Shown one piece after another: positions 29,218-39,466 of a stretch of DNA of 64,000 nucleotides. How positions within the stretch are numbered: position 1 is the stretch's first letter; every line of letters starts with the position of its first letter. The stretch lies in the NCBI GenBank assembly GCA_965215275.1, contig OZ244044.1:160001-224000 (forward strand), written 5' to 3'. A program made the position numbers and the translations under genes. Source of the stretch: Thermodesulfobacteriota bacterium. Lineage in GTDB: Bacteria; Desulfobacterota_D; UBA1144; Nemesobacterales; JAJCZQ01. A model generated the notes under the pieces. The model did not search any database, had not been told where the DNA came from, and was given only the letters and a program-made list of their open reading frames with translations.

Positions 29218-32076
29218 TTACTGAATTCCAAGCACTTCAGCGTCTCTGTCACAGAGCATTCCACCGTCGGTCCTTTTCTTTACGGTCTCATCACGTTTCC
29301 AGGACCTTTCACATCGTGCTTCCATCGTTAGATCATTGACTTCGACCTTCAGGTCGTTACCGTTCTTTATATTGAAACGGCTTACTCCGCAGAGGTCGGC
29401 AAGTTCAGGTTCATAGGGTTTTATAGTATTATAGAGGTCGCTGTTTAAACTTATCTGAATACCAGCGTCCAGCGGATTGGAAATACCGTGCGATTTGGCC
29501 TCTTCAAGTCGTTTCATACATTGACTTCGTATGTTCAAGACCTCGTTCCAGGCGTTATCCAGCTTAATACTTTCAACGTCGGGGAATTCAGTAAGATGTA
29601 CACTTTTTACATCATCAGCCCCGCACTGTTCATTAAGGCACCTGTATGCTTCATCAGCGGTATGTACTAATATTGGTGCCAGTAATCTTATTAAACCATC
29701 TGCTATATCGTACATAATGGTCTGGGAGCGTCTGCGGCGTCTGCTGTCCCGCCTGTCGCAGTATAACCTGTCTTTTACAGCTGCCAGATAAACTGAACTT
29801 AAAGTTTCAGAGCAGAAACTGAATATTAACTCCCCTGCCCTTTTGTAATCAAATTCAGAATAAGCTTTTTTTGTTCTTGTGACGAATATAGAAAAATTTA
29901 CATAGGCCCAGTGGTCAATGGACAGCTTATCTTCATCCGCTGTAAGGTCTGTTTTGTCTTTCTCGGGGTCAAAATCGCTTATATTGCCCAGCAGGAACCT
30001 GATCGTGTTTCTGATCTTCCTGTACTCGTCAGCTGCAACTTCAAAGTATCTCCAGTCCGTCTTTATGTCATTTGAGTATTTTAAGTTACTGACCCACCAT
30101 CTGCATACATCTGCTCCGTGTTTTTTTAATATTTCATCCACATCCAGTGCATTTCCGCCTGATTTGCTCATCTTTTTACCGTGAACGTCGACCATAAAGC
30201 CGTGAGTGAGAATTCCCCTATATGGTGGTTCACCCGTCACTCCGAGTGCCAGGAGCAAAGACAGATGGAACCAGCCGCGATGTTGATCGGAACCTTCAAG
30301 GTAAAGGTCCGCCGGATATCCTATACTGCGTTTCTGGTGCTTTAAGACCGAGTTCCATGAAGAACCGGATTCGAACCACACGTCAAATATATCCATTCCC
30401 TTACTGAGCTTGCCTTTGATCAGTTCCGGTTCGTTCTTTATCCAGTCCGGTGCATCAGGGTCATCTGCGGGGTCGTAACCCTCAAGTATATGCTCGGCGT
30501 CTTCTATGAACCATACATCTGAACCTTTTTCTTTTATCTTGGAAGCAACAAGTTCCACGGTTCGTACCGTTAACAGATGCTCTCCCCTGTCATTGGTGAA
30601 GTAAGGTATTGGAAGTCCCCAGGACCTCTGTCTTGATATACACCAGTCCGGTCGTGCTTCAAGCATGCCTCTCAGCCTGTTCCTTCCCCATTCGGGGAAG
30701 AACCTTACTTTGTTCACTACGCCGTCAATAGCTTTGTCCCGCAGTGTCTTACCGTCTTTACCATAAGGCTTGTCAACGGCTACGAACCACTGTTTGGCTG
30801 CTCTGAAGATCGTAGGGGTCTTGCTGCGCCAGTCATGGGGATAGCTGTGAAAGTACTCCTCTTCATGGAACAGGTGCCCGTTTTTCCTTAGCGCATCGAT
30901 CACTAACTTATTTCCCTTCCATACGTTTACACCCTGCAGCCAGTCCGGAACGGTTTTATCAAAAGTACCGTCCTCCAGTACGGGGCAGTAAATGTCCAGT
31001 CCTTCCTTCAGTCCGGTCTGATAATCTTCGATCCCATGTCCTGGAGCAATGTGAACGATCCCTGTTCCATCTTCAAAAGTAACGTACTCTGCACCGACGA
31101 CCACACCACGTCTTTGCATGAATGGATGAACATAGGTAATGCCGCTTTCGGCAAGTTCATCTCCTTTGAAACTCCCGATCTTTTTGAAACTTCCCGTACC
31201 GGATCTGCCGAACACTTTTTCTGCAAGCAGTTCGGAAAGTATCGTGATTATTTTCTTACCCCAGTGCGTTATTTCATATAGACCGTAATCTCCCACTGGT
31301 GAAACGGCTGCTGCCAGGTTTGCCGGAAGCGTCCATGGAGTGGTCGTCCAGATCATCAGATAGATATCTTTTCCTGAAACTTCGACTGGTAAGGGCAAGT
31401 TATTAGTGTCGTCTATCTGAAAAAGGACAAAGATACTTTTATCCTTTCTGTCGTAGTACTCAAGTTCTGCGTCTGCAAGAGCTGTTTGATTTTCAATTGA
31501 CCAGTGGATCGGCTTCAGGTCCCTGTAAACGAGCCTGTTATCTATAAGCCGTGCGAACACTTCCAGAACCCCTACTTCATACCTGGGGACCATTGTCAGG
31601 TACGGGTTATCATAATTCCCGGTAGTTCCAAGCCGTTTCATCTGACCTGACTGGACCTTGACGAACTTACTGGCGTAATTAAAGCATTTATTTCTGATCT
31701 TCAGCTTTGTATAGCCCCTTGCACTGTCCCCCAGGTCTTTAAGGACCTTATGTTCAATGGGAAGTCCATGACAGTCCCAGCCGGGAATAAAATCCACGTT
31801 ATAGCCTTCCATGGTCTTGGACCTCACTACAAGGTCCTTGAGGACTTTATTTAAAAGATGTCCAAGGTGGATCGGTCCGTTCGCATAAGGAGGACCGTCG
31901 TGGAAAATAAATTTTTCCCTGTGTTCAGACCGCTCTCTTGTTTTTTCATAAAGCTTTTCCTCGGCCCAGGCCTTCTGGAGCGCGGGTTCACGCTGGGTTA
32001 AGTTAGCTTTCATTGGAAAGCTGGTCCTGGGAAGGTTCAGGGTGTTTTTATAATTTATCTTTTTTACAGTAGACAT
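29218..32076 (-). CDS. ileS: Isoleucine--tRNA ligase
   Basis: PPYANGPIHLGH, GWDCHGLPIE, WTTTPWTLP, EGSDQHRGWF, KMSKS. Confidence 0.96.
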   Translation of the reverse strand: MSTVKKINYKNTLNLPRTSFPMKANLTQREPALQKAWAEEKLYEKTRERSEHREKFIFHDGPPYANGPIHLGHLLNKVLKDLVVRSKTMEGYNVDFIPGWDCHGLPIEHKVLKDLGDSARGYTKLKIRNKCFNYASKFVKVQSGQMKRLGTTGNYDNPYLTMVPRYEVGVLEVFARLIDNRLVYRDLKPIHWSIENQTALADAELEYYDRKDKSIFVLFQIDDTNNLPLPVEVSGKDIYLMIWTTTPWTLPANLAAAVSPVGDYGLYEITHWGKKIITILSELLAEKVFGRSGTGSFKKIGSFKGDELAESGITYVHPFMQRRGVVVGAEYVTFEDGTGIVHIAPGHGIEDYQTGLKEGLDIYCPVLEDGTFDKTVPDWLQGVNVWKGNKLVIDALRKNGHLFHEEEYFHSYPHDWRSKTPTIFRAAKQWFVAVDKPYGKDGKTLRDKAIDGVVNKVRFFPEWGRNRLRGMLEARPDWCISRQRSWGLPIPYFTNDRGEHLLTVRTVELVASKIKEKGSDVWFIEDAEHILEGYDPADDPDAPDWIKNEPELIKGKLSKGMDIFDVWFESGSSWNSVLKHQKRSIGYPADLYLEGSDQHRGWFHLSLLLALGVTGEPPYRGILTHGFMVDVHGKKMSKSGGNALDVDEILKKHGADVCRWWVSNLKYSNDIKTDWRYFEVAADEYRKIRNTIRFLLGNISDFDPEKDKTDLTADEDKLSIDHWAYVNFSIFVTRTKKAYSEFDYKRAGELIFSFCSETLSSVYLAAVKDRLYCDRRDSRRRRRSQTIMYDIADGLIRLLAPILVHTADEAYRCLNEQCGADDVKSVHLTEFPDVESIKLDNAWNEVLNIRSQCMKRLEEAKSHGISNPLDAGIQISLNSDLYNTIKPYEPELADLCGVSRFNIKNGNDLKVEVNDLTMEARCERSWKRDETVKKRTDGGMLCDRDAEVLGIQ

Positions 32077-32135
32077 TTTATGGCCGTGAACGGATCAGGC
32101 GATCATAAATCATTTTGCGGAACTGTAAACCTTCC

Positions 32136-32477
32136 TCAATTTTTTTCATTGTCAAAGAAAGTTTCAAGTCCTTCGTACAGTTCTCTGGAGAACGTCACCC
32201 ATTCCTCCCATTCTTTCATATAGTTCTTTTCACTGTCAACCCGCTTTTTCAGCTTAAAGCCGATCTCGGTATATTCTATGGCAAAATTCCCGTTCTTATT
32301 CAGTTTCTTCAACAGAATATCTCCATATTTTTTAAGCATACTGATAGTTTCACTGTCCGAATCCCTGATCTCAGCCACAAAATAGCCGTTTACCTGTGTT
32401 GCAGGCATATCCATCTGGAGATTGCGGAATTTCGTCCTGTTCATATCGTCCGCTTTCATAGAGATCAGTATTTCCAT
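32136..32477 (-). CDS. Hypothetical protein
   Basis: 113-aa ORF co-oriented between lpdA and ileS; no recognised motif. Confidence 0.55.
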   Translation of the reverse strand: MEILISMKADDMNRTKFRNLQMDMPATQVNGYFVAEIRDSDSETISMLKKYGDILLKKLNKNGNFAIEYTEIGFKLKKRVDSEKNYMKEWEEWVTFSRELYEGLETFFDNEKN

Positions 32478-32503
32478 AGAAGGTCGTCCTGTAATAAATC
32501 CTG

Positions 32504-33910
32504 CTACTTCATAAAATGTGTACTGTTGCCGTAGAACATTTCGGCAGCTTCCATAAAGGTTTCCGTAAGCGTTGGGTGCGGATGTACGGACAGTGATATA
32601 TCGGACGCTAATGTTGCCATCTCTACTCCCAGAACACCTTCAGAGATAAGTTCTCCCGCCCCTGTTCCTGCTATCCCGGCGCCAAGCAGTCGCTCGGTTT
32701 TAGCATCGAAGATCATTTTTGTCAGTCCATCTGTTTTATTGAGGGTCATGGCCCTGCCTGAAGCTCCCCATGGGAACCTGGTTATTTTTACATCTATATT
32801 ATTCCGTCTGGCTTCTTTCTCCGTTAACCCGCACCATGCGATCTCAGGGTCGGTAAAGACCACTGCGGGTACGGCTGCTACGTCGTATATGACGTTTTGA
32901 CCGGCAATGACCTCTGCGGCCACCCTGCCCTCATGAGTGGCCTTATGGGCGAGCATGGGTTCACCTGCCACGTCCCCTACGGCGTAAATGTTCGGTTCAT
33001 ACGTTCTTTTCTGTCTGTCCGTTTCAATAAATCCCATGCTGTTCACCTTTACCTTCGTGTTCTCAAGTCCGATACCTTCGGAGTTAGGTTGCCGTCCGGT
33101 TGATATCAGCACTTTGCTGAACTGACGTTCAAACTTACCGTCATCTTTGTTCTCGAACGTAACCTTTATCCCTTTATTCGTTTTTCTGACCCCGGTCACC
33201 TTTGTACCGAGCAGGATCAAGCTAAACTCCTTTTTCAGTTTTTTATAAAGAACGCTGGACAGGTCATTATCCGCCGCTTCGATTATAGAGTCGAGCATTT
33301 CCACGACCGTTACGTTCGAACCCAGGGACGCATATACCGTACCCATCTCGAGTCCTATGTATCCCCCACCGATAACCAGGAGTTCTTCTGGCACGCTTTC
33401 AAGCGCTAAGGCACCTTCTGAGTTCATTATTTTTTTATTATCCACTTTTATTCCGGGTATGTCTGCCGGTCTGGACCCCGTGGCAATGATACAGTTCTCA
33501 AAACTGACCGTCTCTTCAGAACCGTTCTCTTTCGTAACCTTCATTGTTTTTGAACTTGTAAGGGTCGCGGTTCCACTTATATAATTGATCTTTCTTTTTT
33601 TTACCAGAAAACCGGCCCCGCTCGTCAGCCTGTTTATTATCTGCTCCTTCCACTGCACCATTTTTTTCAGATCTATGCTGGGGTCGTCGTAAGTTATGCC
33701 GATCTTTTCTGCATCTTTTGATCCGCTTAGAACGCTCGCGGCGTGAAGTAACGCCTTTGACGGGATGCATCCACGGTAAAGGCACTCACCACCTGGGTTT
33801 TTTTCACGGTCTATCAGGGTAACCCTGAGTCCCAGGTCCGCGGCCCTGAAAGCTGCTGGATATCCCCCTGGACCGGCACCTATTATGGCTAACTGTGTGT
33901 TTATGCTCAT
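32504..33910 (-). CDS. lpdA: Dihydrolipoamide dehydrogenase (PDH E3)
   Basis: GAGPGGY, GGECLYRGCIPSK, GGGYIG, HPHPTLTE. Confidence 0.95.
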   Translation of the reverse strand: MSINTQLAIIGAGPGGYPAAFRAADLGLRVTLIDREKNPGGECLYRGCIPSKALLHAASVLSGSKDAEKIGITYDDPSIDLKKMVQWKEQIINRLTSGAGFLVKKRKINYISGTATLTSSKTMKVTKENGSEETVSFENCIIATGSRPADIPGIKVDNKKIMNSEGALALESVPEELLVIGGGYIGLEMGTVYASLGSNVTVVEMLDSIIEAADNDLSSVLYKKLKKEFSLILLGTKVTGVRKTNKGIKVTFENKDDGKFERQFSKVLISTGRQPNSEGIGLENTKVKVNSMGFIETDRQKRTYEPNIYAVGDVAGEPMLAHKATHEGRVAAEVIAGQNVIYDVAAVPAVVFTDPEIAWCGLTEKEARRNNIDVKITRFPWGASGRAMTLNKTDGLTKMIFDAKTERLLGAGIAGTGAGELISEGVLGVEMATLASDISLSVHPHPTLTETFMEAAEMFYGNSTHFMK

Positions 33911-35295
33911 TAATGTCCTTCAAACAGTATCTTGAACGGCTCTTCAAGAGCTCTTACTATCCATCTCAGGAACTCTGCGGCTGCCACCCCATCGATTATC
34001 CTGTGGTCATAAGATAAGGACAGAGGTATCAGGAGCCTCGGTTCGAATTTTCCATCTATATGGACCGGTTCGATCTTTGACTGGGAAACCCCGAGTATCG
34101 CAACGTCCGGATAGTAAATTATCGGTGAAAAGTACGTTCCACCCACGCCTCCAAGGTTACTGACGGTAAAAGTGCTTCCCTTCAGTTCGTCCGGGGTGAT
34201 CTTTTTATTCCTTACCCGGTCCGATATCTCTGACAGTTCTGACGCGATCTCTATGATGTTCTTACGGTTAGCGTTCCTTATGTTCGGAACGAACAGCCCG
34301 CGATCAGTGTCAACGGCAAAGCCTATATTAACGAACTTCTTATAGATTATCTCATTGCGTTCCATATCTATGCTCGCGTTGAAATCCTGAAAGACCATAA
34401 GTGCCGAAGCCACGACCTTTATCAGAATAGGAGTGATGGTCAGGTTCCCACCGGCTTCCTTGGCCTTTTGTTTGTTCTTTTTCCTGAGCGCGTCCAGTTC
34501 CGTAATATCGGCCTTATCATGCTGAGTTACGTGCGGGATGGTCCAGGCCATTGCAAGGTTTTCAGCCGTAAGTCTTCTTACGGTCGTCATCTTGACCTTC
34601 TCTATTTCCCCCCATTTGGTAAAATCGGGAAGTTCTGGAAGTCTGGCCTCGTATTTTCCTCTGTGCGTGGAGGTATGTGCATCATAGGCGATTATTATGC
34701 CTTTGGCGTGGTTTATGACGTCCTCAGCCGAGATCCTGCCACCTGGACCGGTACCAGACACTTTATCTATATCAACTCCAAGCTGCCGGGCCAGCTTTCT
34801 GGTGGAAGGAGCTGCAGGGATATGGACCTTTTTGTCTGCATTGACGATCGAGAGCATATTGTCCGCCTCATTACCCGTCCCGAGGTCCTTGTCCGACTTT
34901 TTATCTGAGGGGTCTGCCTCTGCTTTCTTTGATGAAGGCTGTTTGATCTCATCTGTAATTTTTTTATTTTCTTCATCTGCTCGTTTTACCGTATCTTCCT
35001 TTGGTCTTTCCTTTTTCGTCTTTTTTTCAACAGGTGCTTTTTTACTGACCTCTGCACCTTCTCCTTCTGTGACCTTTGCTATCAGCTGTCCTATATCTAT
35101 GGTGTCCCCTACGTTTACAAGCACTTCCTGGACCGTTCCGTCATAAGGGGATGGAAGCTCAATAGCGGCCTTGTCGGTTTCTATCTCGATGACCGGTTGT
35201 TCTTTCTTTATCGTGTCTCCACGTGACACGAAGACGTTTATGACCAGGGCTTTGTCTATACCTTCACCGATCTCAGGGAGCGATATGCTGTTCAT
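33910..35295 (-). CDS. aceF: Dihydrolipoamide acetyltransferase (PDH E2)
   Basis: Single lipoyl domain (ETDKA), E3-binding domain (GTGPGGRI), DHRIIDG. Confidence 0.92.
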   Translation of the reverse strand: MNSISLPEIGEGIDKALVINVFVSRGDTIKKEQPVIEIETDKAAIELPSPYDGTVQEVLVNVGDTIDIGQLIAKVTEGEGAEVSKKAPVEKKTKKERPKEDTVKRADEENKKITDEIKQPSSKKAEADPSDKKSDKDLGTGNEADNMLSIVNADKKVHIPAAPSTRKLARQLGVDIDKVSGTGPGGRISAEDVINHAKGIIIAYDAHTSTHRGKYEARLPELPDFTKWGEIEKVKMTTVRRLTAENLAMAWTIPHVTQHDKADITELDALRKKNKQKAKEAGGNLTITPILIKVVASALMVFQDFNASIDMERNEIIYKKFVNIGFAVDTDRGLFVPNIRNANRKNIIEIASELSEISDRVRNKKITPDELKGSTFTVSNLGGVGGTYFSPIIYYPDVAILGVSQSKIEPVHIDGKFEPRLLIPLSLSYDHRIIDGVAAAEFLRWIVRALEEPFKILFEGH

Positions 35296-35304
35296 TAAAG
35301 TTCC

Positions 35305-37986
35305 TCATACGAACAATGGATTTGATTTATTAACATCTATTTTAAACTGCTTCTTGGCTTTATTCAGTAATTTCTTATCGATAATTCCCTTTTTATAGAG
35401 CTCTGCCAGGCTCGAGTACGCTATATGTTCCGCATTTACCTCAAAATGGTACCTGAGCATTTCTCTGTTGTCGCTTCTGCCAAAACCGTCCGTGCCAAGC
35501 GTTACGAGCGGCTTGGGAAACCACTTTGAGACGGTATAGGGCACTGCTTTTATATAATCACACACTGCAACGTATATACCGCTGTCGTTATTATCGAAAC
35601 ATCTTTCGATGTAGTTCTTTTTACGCTTTTTCCCCGCGTTCAGGATGTTCCATCTGTCCGTGTCCTGCGCATCTTTATAGAGTTCCTTGTAGCTCGTGAC
35701 GCTCCAGACGTCCGTGGTGATCCCGTATTGCGTCTCCAGTATTTTAGAAGCCCTTATCACTTCATTTAAAACGCCGCCACTTCCCAGAAGGTTTACGTGC
35801 CTTTCAGGGTCTCTTTCCGGACTTTCTTTAAAGCGGTACATACCTTTGATGATCCCTTCCTCTACGCCTTCCGGCATTGCCGGCTGTTCATATATTTCAT
35901 TCAGCAGCGTTACGTAATAGAAAACGTCTTCATACTCCATGTACATACGCCTGATACCGTCCTTGATGATAACCGCAAGTTCGTAAGCGTAAGCAGGATC
36001 ATACGCTATTATCGTAGGATAGGAAAAAGCGTAATGATGGCTGTTGCCATCCTGATGCTGCAGTCCCTCGCCGGCAAACGAACTCCTGCCGGAAGTGCAT
36101 CCGATAAAGAACCCTTTACATTTCATATCCGACCCCGCCCAGATAAGGTCCCCTACCCTCTGAAAGCCGAACATCGAATAGAACGTGAAAAAAGGGATGG
36201 TATTTACACCATGGGTCGCATAGGCGGTGCCGGCAGCTATGAACGATGAGAATGCCCCTGCTTCGGTTATTCCTTCTTCCAGTATCTGTCCATCCGTTGC
36301 TTCTTTGTAATAAAGGAAAGTATCAGAATCCACTGGCTCGTAAACCTGTCCCACATGGGAATATATACCTGCCTGTCTGAAAAGGGATTCCATACCGAAC
36401 GACCTTGCTTCATCAGGGATGATAGGTACTATCAGCTTTCCGATCTCCTTGTCCCTCAGGAGTTTTGAAAGCAGTCTTACATAAGCCATGGTGGTTGCTG
36501 CACCTCTGCCACCGGAACCTTTGTAGAATTCGTCAAATACCGTCTCATCATATCCTTTTATGGGCTGTCCCAGCACTTTTCTTGCAGGCAGATAGCCTCC
36601 GAGTTTTTCCCTTTGCTGTTTTAGATATTCGACTTCAGGACTGTCATCGTCCGGTTTGTAGAACGGTGCTCTGGCAACGTCTTCATCTGATATTGGTATA
36701 CTGAAACGCGTTCTGAACTCCTTAAGTTCCTCTTCGTTCAGTTTTTTCTGATTATGAGTAACGTTCCTGCCTTCTCCAGCCTCTCCCAGTCCATATCCCT
36801 TTATCGTTTTTGCAAGTATGACCGTTGGCTCTCCTTTATGTCCGGTGGCCTCTTTATATGCCGCATACACCTTTTCACTGTCATGTCCGCCTCTTCTCAG
36901 CTTTTCAAGTTCGTAGTCCGAATACGTTCTCACGAGGTCTTTCAGCTTCGGATGGGTCCCGAAAAAATGTTCCCTTATGTATGCACCGTCTTCAACTATG
37001 TACTTCTGATAGTCACCGTCCACGGCACTTTCCATCCTTTGAACGAGCAGTCCATCTTCATCTTTTTCCAAAAGAGGGTCCCAGTCGTCACCCCATATCA
37101 GCTTGATGACGTTCCACCCTGCGCCTCTGAATATCCTTTCGAGCTCCTGTATTATCTTTCCATTTCCTCTGACGGGACCGTCCAGTCTTTGCAGATTGCA
37201 GTTCACTACGAATATCAGATTGTCAAGACTTTCTCTTGACGCAAGGGTTATTGCCCCAAGGGATTCAGGTTCATCGGTCTCACCATCTCCCATGAAAACC
37301 CAGACCTTGCTGTCTATATTCTTTTTTAATCCCCTGTCTTCAAGATATCTGTTGAACCTTGCCTGATAGATCGCCATGATCGGAGAAAGTCCCATGGAGA
37401 CGGTGGGGATCTCCCAGAAATCCGGCATAAGCCATGGATGTGGATATGAGGACAGCCCGGCACCATGGGTCAGTTCTTTTCTGTAGTTCCTGATCTGCTT
37501 GACCGTGATCCTTCCCTCAAGGAAAGCACGGGCGTATATACCCGGAGCGGCATGCCCTTGAAAATAAACTATATCTCCATCCTGATTTTCGTTACTGGCT
37601 TTCAGGAAGTGATGGAACGCCACTTCGAACAAAGTAGCACAGGAAGCGTAAGTGGAGATATGACCTCCTATACCTTCATCGTTCCTGTTGGCCCTCACGA
37701 CCATTGCCATCGCGTTCCACCTTATGATGTTCCTGATCCTTCGCTCTATATCTGTATTCCCTGGATACTTGGGCTGTTTACTGAAGGGAATTGTATTTAT
37801 ATAAGGCGTGTTGGCGGTATAAGGTACTGCTATGCCCGCTTTTTGCGAGTATATCTGAAGATTTCTCAGTAACTTTTGGACCCTGGCGTGTCCAGAGGTC
37901 TTGAGAACGGCCTCCAGGGATTCTATCCACTCCCTGTCTTCTGTTTCTTCTTGATGTTCCACACTTTCGTCTTTTTGGTATGACAT
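35305..37986 (-). CDS. aceE: Pyruvate dehydrogenase E1, homodimeric type
   Basis: GGHISTYAS, SSYPHP, GDGETDEPES, NLQRLDGPVRGN, GEGLQHQDG; start at 37986 or 37992. Confidence 0.95.
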   Translation of the reverse strand: MSYQKDESVEHQEETEDREWIESLEAVLKTSGHARVQKLLRNLQIYSQKAGIAVPYTANTPYINTIPFSKQPKYPGNTDIERRIRNIIRWNAMAMVVRANRNDEGIGGHISTYASCATLFEVAFHHFLKASNENQDGDIVYFQGHAAPGIYARAFLEGRITVKQIRNYRKELTHGAGLSSYPHPWLMPDFWEIPTVSMGLSPIMAIYQARFNRYLEDRGLKKNIDSKVWVFMGDGETDEPESLGAITLASRESLDNLIFVVNCNLQRLDGPVRGNGKIIQELERIFRGAGWNVIKLIWGDDWDPLLEKDEDGLLVQRMESAVDGDYQKYIVEDGAYIREHFFGTHPKLKDLVRTYSDYELEKLRRGGHDSEKVYAAYKEATGHKGEPTVILAKTIKGYGLGEAGEGRNVTHNQKKLNEEELKEFRTRFSIPISDEDVARAPFYKPDDDSPEVEYLKQQREKLGGYLPARKVLGQPIKGYDETVFDEFYKGSGGRGAATTMAYVRLLSKLLRDKEIGKLIVPIIPDEARSFGMESLFRQAGIYSHVGQVYEPVDSDTFLYYKEATDGQILEEGITEAGAFSSFIAAGTAYATHGVNTIPFFTFYSMFGFQRVGDLIWAGSDMKCKGFFIGCTSGRSSFAGEGLQHQDGNSHHYAFSYPTIIAYDPAYAYELAVIIKDGIRRMYMEYEDVFYYVTLLNEIYEQPAMPEGVEEGIIKGMYRFKESPERDPERHVNLLGSGGVLNEVIRASKILETQYGITTDVWSVTSYKELYKDAQDTDRWNILNAGKKRKKNYIERCFDNNDSGIYVAVCDYIKAVPYTVSKWFPKPLVTLGTDGFGRSDNREMLRYHFEVNAEHIAYSSLAELYKKGIIDKKLLNKAKKQFKIDVNKSNPLFV

Positions 37987-38063
37987 GGACATTTCTCTTC
38001 AGCAATTTTAATCAATAGTGAAAAAAGTAAAAGGTTTATAATGAACGTAATATAGTTATATAA

Positions 38064-39376
38064 GGGAATTATAGTGAATAGTTGACAGGAAGAAAAATTG
38101 AAAACGGGTCAGAAAATGGGTAATATTATAGCATGGTTAGAACGATCACAAGAACTGTAAAGGCAGATAGTGTTTTTCATAAAAGGCTGGATGAATTCTT
38201 ACAACAGCTTACCGACCTGTATAACGGAGCTTTATATCACAGATTAAGATCTTATGACTGGTATGAAAAAACTATCTCTAAATACGAACAGTTTAACGAA
38301 CTAACTGAGGTCCGAGAGCAAGACAAGGAATTTGAAAAGTTTAATGTTGTAGCTCAAAGAAGCGTTCTGGAAAGACTGGATAATGCATATAGTCCTTATT
38401 TGAACTATTTAAAGAATAAAAAAGCAGGAAAGAAGGTGGGCAGACCAAAATACAAAGGTCCAAACAGACCTGTCAGAAGTTTTGAAACAAACAATTATAA
38501 AAACATTGAAAAGATCGGCAGAAGAACGTATTTAACGATAAAGGGACTTGGCAGATTATCTTTCAAAGGTTCTATGCCTGATGGAGTTGTTTTAAAACAA
38601 CCTAAAACAACAATAAGGATAGTTAAAACTGCTATAAGGATAAAGATCCAGTTTCTATGTGAGTTTACCAGCGAAAAGAAAAGACCTATGGACAGGTCCA
38701 TAGGGATCGATCTTGGAATTATAAACAGAATGGCTTTTTCAGATGGAACTAAAATACCAGGAGTTCGGTTGAACAGAAAGGAACTGAAAAGAAAGCAGAG
38801 AATTGTTTCAAGAGCGGTAAAAGGTTCTGACAGCAGAAAGAAGAAAGTTTTATCGTTAGCAAAGGAATGGGAACGAACTACCGATCGTGAAAATAACGCT
38901 ATACACAGAATGACTACCGAAATAGTAAAAAAGAACAATCATATAAAGTTGGAGGATTTAAAGATCCAAAATATGGTAAAAAATCCTTATTTAGCAAGAA
39001 GTGTAACGGAACAGCAATGGGGGAAGATTAAAACCCAACTTGACTACAAAGCCGAGATAGCTGGAGGCAAGTTAGTTTTAGTTAATTCCCATTATACAAC
39101 AATGACCTGTTCTGAATGCGGAAAGGTAAATCCAAAACTGCCTTTGTCTGAAAGAGTATTTAACTGTATATATTGCGGTTATTCAGAAGACAGGGATATA
39201 AATGCAGGTAAAAATATCAATACTCTTAATGAAGGAGACTTCATATCGGGTGGGAATAAGGTAGAAATACTCCCGATGAGTGCTAAGAGTATCAGATCAA
39301 AAGAGAACAGGGATAGAGGAACTCTGCACTCAGAACAGTACGAGTAGTTGTTTGTCAACTATTCACTATAATTCCC
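38064..39376 (+). mobile_element. Non-autonomous TIR element carrying tnpB (IS1595-like ends)
   Basis: Perfect 24-bp TIR GGGAATTATAGTGAATAGTTGACA at 38064-38087 and 39353-39376; flanking 8-mers TTATATAA/TTACATAA (7/8 identical). Confidence 0.85.
38133..39347 (+). CDS. tnpB: RNA-guided endonuclease TnpB family protein
   Basis: RuvC-I GIDLG, RuvC-II LEDL, CSECG..CIYCG zinc finger, RuvC-III DRDINA. Confidence 0.92.
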   Translation: MVRTITRTVKADSVFHKRLDEFLQQLTDLYNGALYHRLRSYDWYEKTISKYEQFNELTEVREQDKEFEKFNVVAQRSVLERLDNAYSPYLNYLKNKKAGKKVGRPKYKGPNRPVRSFETNNYKNIEKIGRRTYLTIKGLGRLSFKGSMPDGVVLKQPKTTIRIVKTAIRIKIQFLCEFTSEKKRPMDRSIGIDLGIINRMAFSDGTKIPGVRLNRKELKRKQRIVSRAVKGSDSRKKKVLSLAKEWERTTDRENNAIHRMTTEIVKKNNHIKLEDLKIQNMVKNPYLARSVTEQQWGKIKTQLDYKAEIAGGKLVLVNSHYTTMTCSECGKVNPKLPLSERVFNCIYCGYSEDRDINAGKNINTLNEGDFISGGNKVEILPMSAKSIRSKENRDRGTLHSEQYE

Positions 39377-39466
39377 TTACATAAGTAATGCCAATGGCAG
39401 AAAAACCATGTAATATATACCTGATTCATTATTGACCAGAATAATGATACATATGATATTAATCCT

